Below are positions 57,753 to 64,000 of a DNA stretch of 64,000 bases, piece by piece. The notes under the pieces are model-generated. The model was not told the origin of the DNA, ran no database searches, and saw only the letters and a program-made list of their open reading frames with translations. Both the position numbers and the translations under genes were made by a program. Source of the DNA: Trueperaceae bacterium (lineage in GTDB: Bacteria; Deinococcota; Deinococci; Deinococcales; Trueperaceae). Position 1 is the first letter of the stretch; the number at the start of each line of letters is the position of its first letter. The DNA lies in assembly GCA_034520945.1 (NCBI GenBank), contig JAXHNB010000009.1, positions 162,173 through 226,172 of the forward strand, in the 5' to 3' direction.

Positions 57753-57807
57753 TCTAAGAAAGCCCACCGCGGATCTAGCGTCCAGGACGCTTTCTGGCTT
57801 TCTTAGA
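57753..57807. repeat. Perfect 12-bp inverted repeat between convergent genes
   Basis: TCTAAGAAAGCC..N31..GGCTTTCTTAGA. Confidence 0.7.
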
Positions 57808-57869
57808 CCGCATTCCATTCGCGGGCGTTGCAGAAAGCATGGACGAGCCCGGCACATGGCGCGGACCGA

Positions 57870-60698
57870 CTACGTGTCGACCCGCACGACCTTCATCACC
57901 TCGTCGCCAAGGTGGTTGATGACCTTCACAGCGATGCGGCCGCTGTCGGGCTTGGGGAACGGTCGCGACACGTCGCTGTGCAAGGACGACCAGGCGTCTT
58001 CGTCGATCTCGGTGCGCAGCGTGGTCTTGAGACTCTTGTACGGGTCGTTCGCGCCGAGGAAGTAGGCCTGCCGAACGAAGAACGACTGCTCGTCGTAGTC
58101 GGTGTCGACGAACCAGCAGGCGATGCCGTCGACGTCGTCGCTGCGCACCTCGCCACTGGTGGGGTCGAACACGTCGACGCCGAGGACCTGCACCCGAATC
58201 TGGCCATCGCCCGCGTCCTCGATCTTGAGCTCGGGCTCGCCGAACAGGACGAAGAGGTTGGCCTTGTCGGTGGTCTTGAGGTCGCCGCCCATGTGCAGGT
58301 CGGCGTTCATGCGCGCCTTGAGCACGGGCATCTTGCCGAGCTTGGTGATTTCGGTGGCGTGCGCGTCGTAGCCGAAGGCGCAGGCGACCAGCACGTCGAA
58401 GCCCGCTTCGGCCGCTTCGCGCGCAGCGGCAACGAGATCGGCGCGGCCGACGGTGCCGAACTCGGGCCCCACGAACACGCCCGCACGACGTTCCCGACCG
58501 TCGTCGCCCTCGACGTAGCGGCCTTCGGCGGCGACGTACTCGCCTGGCCATGGCGTGAGGCTGCTGAAGGCGATGCGGTCGTCCTTGGAGGACTGCTGCA
58601 CGCCAGCCACCCTGAGGTTGTCGAGGATCATGGAGACGAACGCGTCCTCGTCGTGGTCGACGCGCGCGGCGGGGTCGAGCGCCTGGTCGTCCTCGTCCGC
58701 GCCGACGATGCGGTGGGGCGAGAGGCTCTCGACCGTGAACGGTCCGGCGACGCGCACGACGTTCTTGTCCTCGTACGGCTGATCGTAGAGGTACTCGTGG
58801 TCGGCCTTCGCGGCGATCGAGGCGTCGATCTCCTTCTGGCGCTCGATTCGCCTGGCCCACCAGGCCTCGTGCGCCGCCTTCGCCGCGTCGCTCCAGTCGT
58901 CCTCCGCCTCGCGGGGGATCTCCCACTCCTTCCACGACGCGCCGACCTCGTCGTTCAGGCGCTCGCGCAGGGGCTCGAGGTCTTCCTGGAAGCGTTCCCA
59001 GATGACGTCGATCTCCGCGTTGTTGGCGATCGAACCAAGCGTGATGTGAGGCACGCGCTGGTAGACGAAACCGTGGCGAATGTCGCCGCGCGTCGGGCCG
59101 CTTCGAGGCTCGGTGCGAGTTGCCTCGGCCTCCCTGCTACGCCCCTCTGGCGAATCGGCGAGAAGGTAGTACGGGTAGCGTGCACCCATAATCCGAGCGC
59201 GGGCAAGGGCAAGGGCAACCCGCGATGTGTCGATCGTTATCCACCGCCGGCCCCACTGCTCAGCGACGCTTGCCGTAGTGCCAGATCCGCAAGTCGGATC
59301 AAGCACGAGATCACCGGGGTCTGTGGCCATGAGAATGCATCGCTTGACTACCTCAGGATTCGTCTGTACGACGTACACTTTGGGATCGTTGAAGCTCCCC
59401 GTGATCGTATCCGTCCAGATGTTGTTGGTTATAGAGATTGGAAAGTCGTCGATGAAACTCCTGAACTGAATCGACGCCCGCGTCGCTTGCACCCGGCCAG
59501 AACGCATCGCGCGATACATGCCAGGTACGGTTACCTTCCAGTGGCTGTTAGCAGGCGGCAAGTACTCCTGCCCGTCGAAGTGAACCGGTTGGGGTTGGGA
59601 CGCCCTCCCCTGCGAGATGAGGCTGACGAGGCGATATTGCCGATGGCCCGGTTGACTTGGGCCCGCCGAGACCTCGTCCTTGGATAGCGTGGTGTGTGTT
59701 CGGCCGTCTGGCGCAAGTGCCTGCCGGTAGAGGTCAAGGGACTTGATCTCCGTCTTAGGCTTGAATAGGGGGCGATACTTCGGCTCCCTAGACCTCGAGT
59801 ACCACAAGATCGAATCCGTGACGGACGGTAGGTAGTTGGATGTTGCGTATGGCGCCGTCTGGAAGTGGATCTCGACAACGAAGTTGTGTTCGCCAAGAAC
59901 CTCATCCATCAGCGCCCGCACCCGATGCACGTTCTCGTCCCCAATCTGCACGAAGATTGAGCCCGACTCGGTCAACAGGCCGCGCGCCACGGTGAGCCGA
60001 TCGCGTAGGTACGTCAGGTACGAGTGGATGCCGTCCCGCCATGTGTCCCGGAACGCCTTCACCTGCTCCGGCTCTCGAGTGATGTGGTCGGCCTTGCCAT
60101 CCTTGACGTCGCGCGTGGTGGTGGACCACTGGAAGTTGCTGTTGAACTTGATGCCGTACGGAGGGTCGATGTAGATGCACTGCACCTTGCCGCGCAGGCC
60201 CTCCCGCTCGGCGAGGCACGCCATGACTTGAAGGCTGTCGCCGAGAATCATGCGGTTCTGCCACTTGCCCTCGTGCTCGTAGAACTCGGTCCGCTCGGCG
60301 CCCTCGGGAACCTGCGCGAAGTCCGCGAACAGGTCGGGCTGCACCTCGCTGGCGCGCTCCTCCTCCAGCTTCTTGGCGTGCCGCTTCAGGTCGTCGATCA
60401 GAACCTTCGGGTGGACCTTCTCCTGGATGTACAGGGGTGGCGCCTGCACCACCAGGTCGGACCAGTCCGCCTGGTCCTTGCCGCGCCACACCAACTGCGG
60501 GTCGAGGTCGACATCGCGGGCCTCGCGCTCCTCAACGAACGCGGGCTCGCCCTGTTCGTACGTCACGGGTTTGGCGCGCGCGTGCTCCTCGTCCAGAACC
60601 GCCTGGTACTCGGCGGTAGGGATGTTGGTGCGCTTCGCCTCGTCGTGACGGATCGCCTCGACGCGTTTGGAACTTTTGCTACGACGCTTCTTCGCCAT
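57870..60698 (-). CDS. mod: Type III R-M Mod subunit (beta-class amino-methyltransferase)
   Basis: NRMILGDSL, IYIDPPYG (motif IV) precedes VLDPTCGSGTT (motif I); AGGAG RBS before ATG 60698. Confidence 0.92.
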   Translation of the reverse strand: MAKKRRSKSSKRVEAIRHDEAKRTNIPTAEYQAVLDEEHARAKPVTYEQGEPAFVEEREARDVDLDPQLVWRGKDQADWSDLVVQAPPLYIQEKVHPKVLIDDLKRHAKKLEEERASEVQPDLFADFAQVPEGAERTEFYEHEGKWQNRMILGDSLQVMACLAEREGLRGKVQCIYIDPPYGIKFNSNFQWSTTTRDVKDGKADHITREPEQVKAFRDTWRDGIHSYLTYLRDRLTVARGLLTESGSIFVQIGDENVHRVRALMDEVLGEHNFVVEIHFQTAPYATSNYLPSVTDSILWYSRSREPKYRPLFKPKTEIKSLDLYRQALAPDGRTHTTLSKDEVSAGPSQPGHRQYRLVSLISQGRASQPQPVHFDGQEYLPPANSHWKVTVPGMYRAMRSGRVQATRASIQFRSFIDDFPISITNNIWTDTITGSFNDPKVYVVQTNPEVVKRCILMATDPGDLVLDPTCGSGTTASVAEQWGRRWITIDTSRVALALARARIMGARYPYYLLADSPEGRSREAEATRTEPRSGPTRGDIRHGFVYQRVPHITLGSIANNAEIDVIWERFQEDLEPLRERLNDEVGASWKEWEIPREAEDDWSDAAKAAHEAWWARRIERQKEIDASIAAKADHEYLYDQPYEDKNVVRVAGPFTVESLSPHRIVGADEDDQALDPAARVDHDEDAFVSMILDNLRVAGVQQSSKDDRIAFSSLTPWPGEYVAAEGRYVEGDDGRERRAGVFVGPEFGTVGRADLVAAAREAAEAGFDVLVACAFGYDAHATEITKLGKMPVLKARMNADLHMGGDLKTTDKANLFVLFGEPELKIEDAGDGQIRVQVLGVDVFDPTSGEVRSDDVDGIACWFVDTDYDEQSFFVRQAYFLGANDPYKSLKTTLRTEIDEDAWSSLHSDVSRPFPKPDSGRIAVKVINHLGDEVMKVVRVDT

Positions 60699-60705
60699 GG
60701 CTCTC

Positions 60706-63700
60706 CTAGGCTCGCACGCGGTCGCCCGCATCGGGCGACGCATCGTGGTCCGGGGCCGAGAGCATCTCGTCCACCGCCTTCTCGATCACGGTCGCGAGGT
60801 CCGACTCAATCTCCCACAGCTCCTTGAGCTCGGTGAACGCCCAGCGACCGAACGAGTCCAGCGCCTTCACGCCTGGCACCCAACGCTCGCGCATGGTGGT
60901 CGCCTTGTCCTTGGCGTCCTCGCCTCGGTAGCCCTTGATCTCGACCACCAGGTTCAGCGGATCGTCGGCGCCGCGACCGTCGTCTAGGCGAACGATGAAG
61001 TCGGGAACGTACACTCGGCGCTCGCCCATGTGGTGGTAGGGCACCTCGAAGCCTAGGCCGTGGTTCTTGACGTAGGCGAGGGTTCGCGGGTGGTTCTCAA
61101 CCGCCCGGCAGAACTCGGCCTCCCAGCCGCTGTCCAGCACCACCCAGTTCACGTGGCAGCGGTCCGAGCGTGTCTCCCAACGATCCCGGCGACTGGTGGT
61201 GAAGCTCACCTCGGCGGTGCTGCCGGTCGGCGTAAACGGGTCCGGAATGGCGAGGATGCGCTTCTCGCCCTCGTACGAGGCCCGAATGATGCCTTGCATG
61301 ATGCGCTCGCACGCCTGGTCCGCCAAGCCGCGGTACAGCAACTGGGCGGGATAGGTCCCGCCCTGGCACTTCAGGTGATGGTCTAGCCACTGCCGCACGA
61401 TGCGCTTGAGCTGCGAAAACAGGTGCGTGCGGGGCGCCTCGCCCGGGTCCCGCCAGCGATCCAGCAGGTGCGCCGTCAGGTGATAGACGATCTCCGACGG
61501 GCGCACCGCGTCGGTGTGGCTGAGGTCCAGCTGTGCGCTCCGGCCGATGATCCCCGCCGTCTCGGTGCGCGTCGCCCCGACTTGCTCCGGTGTCAACGCG
61601 AACGTGCTGTCTACGTCGAATTCGGCGCGGAGCGTCTCGTTGGGAATCTCGACCCGGTACCCCTGCACGCGCGGGAACTCGATTTCCAGCGCGTCGCGGT
61701 CGGGCCGGACAGCGTGCACCCGGACCGTCTCACGTGGGGGTTGTGGTGGCGCGACCACCGGCTTTGCAGTGAAGTCGAACGGGATGCCCAGCACGTCAGC
61801 GTACTCCACGTCGAACAGACCATCCTCGTTTAACTCGTACGACTGACGCCGCAGCGCGCGGCCGATCACCTGCTCGCACAGCAGTTGACTGCCGAACGCA
61901 CGCACGCCCAGGACGTGCGTTACGGTATTTGCGTCCCAGCCCTCGGTCAGCATCGCCACCGACACCACGCAGCGGACCTCGGCGCCCAGCTCGCCCGGCT
62001 TTCCGACCGTGTTCATCACCTCACGCAGCAGGTTTTGATCGGTTACGTTGTCGGCCGCATGCGGGTCGTTCTTGCGCTCGACGACCGCACGCCGGAACCG
62101 CTCGATCTCGTCCGAAGCAGCCTCGCGGAAGTTCTTGTCCAGCGCCTCGTCCGATTCTAGTTGCTGGCTGTCGATCAGCAACGTGTTCGGCCGGGCCAGC
62201 GGCTGGTGGTTCTGGTCGTGGTTGTGGAACAGCTCGAGCCAGCCGGGGACGAACTCCTCTGTGCCGTCCTCGTGCTCACGTGTGTAGCCCGAGATCCAGT
62301 CGTAGACGGCCTTCGACGTGGCCGTGTTGTTGCAGACGATGATGAAGCAGGGCGGGACTTTCAAGCCCTCCTGAAGCCACGCCTCGAACGTGTCCTCATA
62401 GTGCCCGTACAGTGCCTCCAGCGCCGTGTACAGCGGCGCCGGAAGCTTCTGCGGGTCCAGGTCGCGCTTGCCGCGGGGCTTTCTGGGCATGTCATTGCGG
62501 ATGTGCGTCCAAAGCTCGCGGTACATCGGCACGTCGTTCGTCGGGATGTCGTCTGCGACCGGTACGCGCGGCAGCTTGACGATTCCGCACTCGATCGCGT
62601 CCATCAGCGAAAAGTCCACCATCGTCCACGGGAACAACGTCCCCTCGGCGTAGCCGGACCCTTGCAAGAAGAACGGTGTGGCGGAGAGGTCCAGAACGCG
62701 CCGGACGCCCAGCTTGCGTTGCACCGCCTCGAGACCCGAGATCCACAGGCGCGCCGTCTCGGCGTTCTGCTCGGCCTCCTTGCGATCGTCCCCCGTGAGC
62801 TGCTCGTTCACGTTCGGTTTCTCGCGATAGCAGTGGTGCGCCTCGTCGTTCAGCACCAGGACGTTGCGCATGCCCATCAGATCAGGCATGACGCGGCGCA
62901 GCATCTGCCCTTCGCTCTCCACCGTGTTCACCGGATCGCCGGTCCGACCCTCCAGCAGCTCCCGCGTGCCCTTCGCGATCTCGTACCGCTCGCGGCGCTT
63001 GAAGGCGTGGTAGTTGGTGATGATGACCTTCGCCTTGCCCAGCTCGGGCAGCAGATCGGGCGGCACGACGCGCTGATGCCGGTAGTAGTTCAGGGGATCG
63101 CTGGGCAGAAGGACGCGTAGACGGTCCCGGATCGTGATGCCCGGCGTGACGATCAGGAAGCCCTTGGTGAACCGCGAGCTTTGCGGGTGCCGCACGGCGT
63201 TGATCGCCTGCCAGGCGACGATCATCGCCATCACCATGGTCTTGCCGGCACCGGTCGCTAGCTTCAGCGCCAGCCGCTCCAAGCCCGGGTTCGCCTCCTT
63301 GCTGGCGTTATTCAGCCGGTCAAGGAACACTCGCGCCGCCTTGCCCTTGGTGCTGCTCGCGCCCAGCGACGGAGCAATCTCGGTGAGCCAGACGACCGTC
63401 TCTACCGCCTCCAGCTGGCAGAAGAACGGGCGGCGACCAAGTGCGTGCGGATCACGCCAGTGCCACAGCAGGCGACCGGTCTCGGGCGTGACGCCAGGGT
63501 ATCCCTCGTCCCTCCACGAGTCGACGTGCTGCCGCACGTCGTTGATGTACTGCGACGTCGCCTCGTACGACTGCTCCGAGGTGGAGAGGCCCTTCCCCTC
63601 GTCGAAGACGAGCGCCTGCTGCTCCTCATTGGCGCTCGACTGCTTGCGCGCCTTCGGAATAGGCGTGAAGAAGCGTGCCGGCCGCCGAAACTCCAGAACC

Positions 63701-63798
63701 TTCTGCGTCGGCTGCCCCTCGTCCGTCAACTCCCAGTGGCGGGACGGCCGCTCGTACGGGGGGTTCAGGATCGGTTGCTCAAAAAAGGCGTTGGACAT
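60706..63798 (-). CDS. res: Type III R-M Res subunit (SF2 helicase-like ATPase plus PD-(D/E)xK nuclease)
   Basis: LATGAGKT, DEAHH, SAT, MLTEGWD, QVIGRALRR; YVPDF..VEIKG; TATACT -10 box at 63812-63817. Confidence 0.92.
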   Translation of the reverse strand: MSNAFFEQPILNPPYERPSRHWELTDEGQPTQKVLEFRRPARFFTPIPKARKQSSANEEQQALVFDEGKGLSTSEQSYEATSQYINDVRQHVDSWRDEGYPGVTPETGRLLWHWRDPHALGRRPFFCQLEAVETVVWLTEIAPSLGASSTKGKAARVFLDRLNNASKEANPGLERLALKLATGAGKTMVMAMIVAWQAINAVRHPQSSRFTKGFLIVTPGITIRDRLRVLLPSDPLNYYRHQRVVPPDLLPELGKAKVIITNYHAFKRRERYEIAKGTRELLEGRTGDPVNTVESEGQMLRRVMPDLMGMRNVLVLNDEAHHCYREKPNVNEQLTGDDRKEAEQNAETARLWISGLEAVQRKLGVRRVLDLSATPFFLQGSGYAEGTLFPWTMVDFSLMDAIECGIVKLPRVPVADDIPTNDVPMYRELWTHIRNDMPRKPRGKRDLDPQKLPAPLYTALEALYGHYEDTFEAWLQEGLKVPPCFIIVCNNTATSKAVYDWISGYTREHEDGTEEFVPGWLELFHNHDQNHQPLARPNTLLIDSQQLESDEALDKNFREAASDEIERFRRAVVERKNDPHAADNVTDQNLLREVMNTVGKPGELGAEVRCVVSVAMLTEGWDANTVTHVLGVRAFGSQLLCEQVIGRALRRQSYELNEDGLFDVEYADVLGIPFDFTAKPVVAPPQPPRETVRVHAVRPDRDALEIEFPRVQGYRVEIPNETLRAEFDVDSTFALTPEQVGATRTETAGIIGRSAQLDLSHTDAVRPSEIVYHLTAHLLDRWRDPGEAPRTHLFSQLKRIVRQWLDHHLKCQGGTYPAQLLYRGLADQACERIMQGIIRASYEGEKRILAIPDPFTPTGSTAEVSFTTSRRDRWETRSDRCHVNWVVLDSGWEAEFCRAVENHPRTLAYVKNHGLGFEVPYHHMGERRVYVPDFIVRLDDGRGADDPLNLVVEIKGYRGEDAKDKATTMRERWVPGVKALDSFGRWAFTELKELWEIESDLATVIEKAVDEMLSAPDHDASPDAGDRVRA

Positions 63799-64000
63799 GA
63801 GTTACGCAGGCAGTATAGCGGACCAGACGGCACGGAGCCGATGAGCCATCATTCGCAGAGTTGGGCCCGGCGCTGAGTAACCGTCACTGCTACGGGCTGA
63901 TGGTCCCGTAGTTGTCAAATAGCTGTCAGTAGCGCAGTCGCGCGGGTCCTCAGGCACGGCCGAGGAGTTCAAAATCCCTCGTGGGCGCGGCAAAAGTGGT

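Noticed and set aside
63940..64000. Intact tRNA gene
   Set aside because: Only a T-arm-like hairpin; no D arm, anticodon arm or acceptor stem can be built

Overview
A 64-kb stretch of a very GC-rich bacterial chromosome. Gene content and several TANNNT-N6-start (leaderless) promoters suggest Deinococcota, Trueperaceae-like, probably salt-adapted; this is an inference. 1-44 kb is metabolic and accessory. It holds the start of a Tat-exported molybdoenzyme operon (Fe-S subunit, TorD chaperone, partial NrfD), an APC permease, a five-gene aminotransferase/CoA-transferase/deacylase/thiolase operon, a csp gene next to a frameshifted IS, pepF and a ZIP transporter. It also holds proVWX plus a second proX, an OmpR-type two-component system, a frameshifted HExxH lipoprotein, fdhF/ydeP-fdhD with an ArsR-rhodanese/MFS/DsrE module, an MntA-HepT pair with a degenerate HEPN site, a tiny Trp-rich lipoprotein coupled to an S74-chaperone fibre gene, and a STAND regulator. 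From ~44 kb to the end is a defence-island-like region: a decayed AAA ATPase, a truncated AlbA copy, a DUF6978/DUF1828-like pair, a GIY-YIG nuclease, IS1380 and IS21 insertions, a RelE-like/UvrD fusion, an AlbA(Schlafen)-HATPase protein and a type III R-M system (res-mod). No rRNA, intact tRNA or CRISPR array was seen. The best candidates for undescribed systems are the DUF6978/DUF1828-like pair, the RelE-UvrD fusion, the lipoprotein/fibre pair and the putative N-acyl-beta-amino-acid catabolic operon. All family calls are from motif recognition, not database searches.
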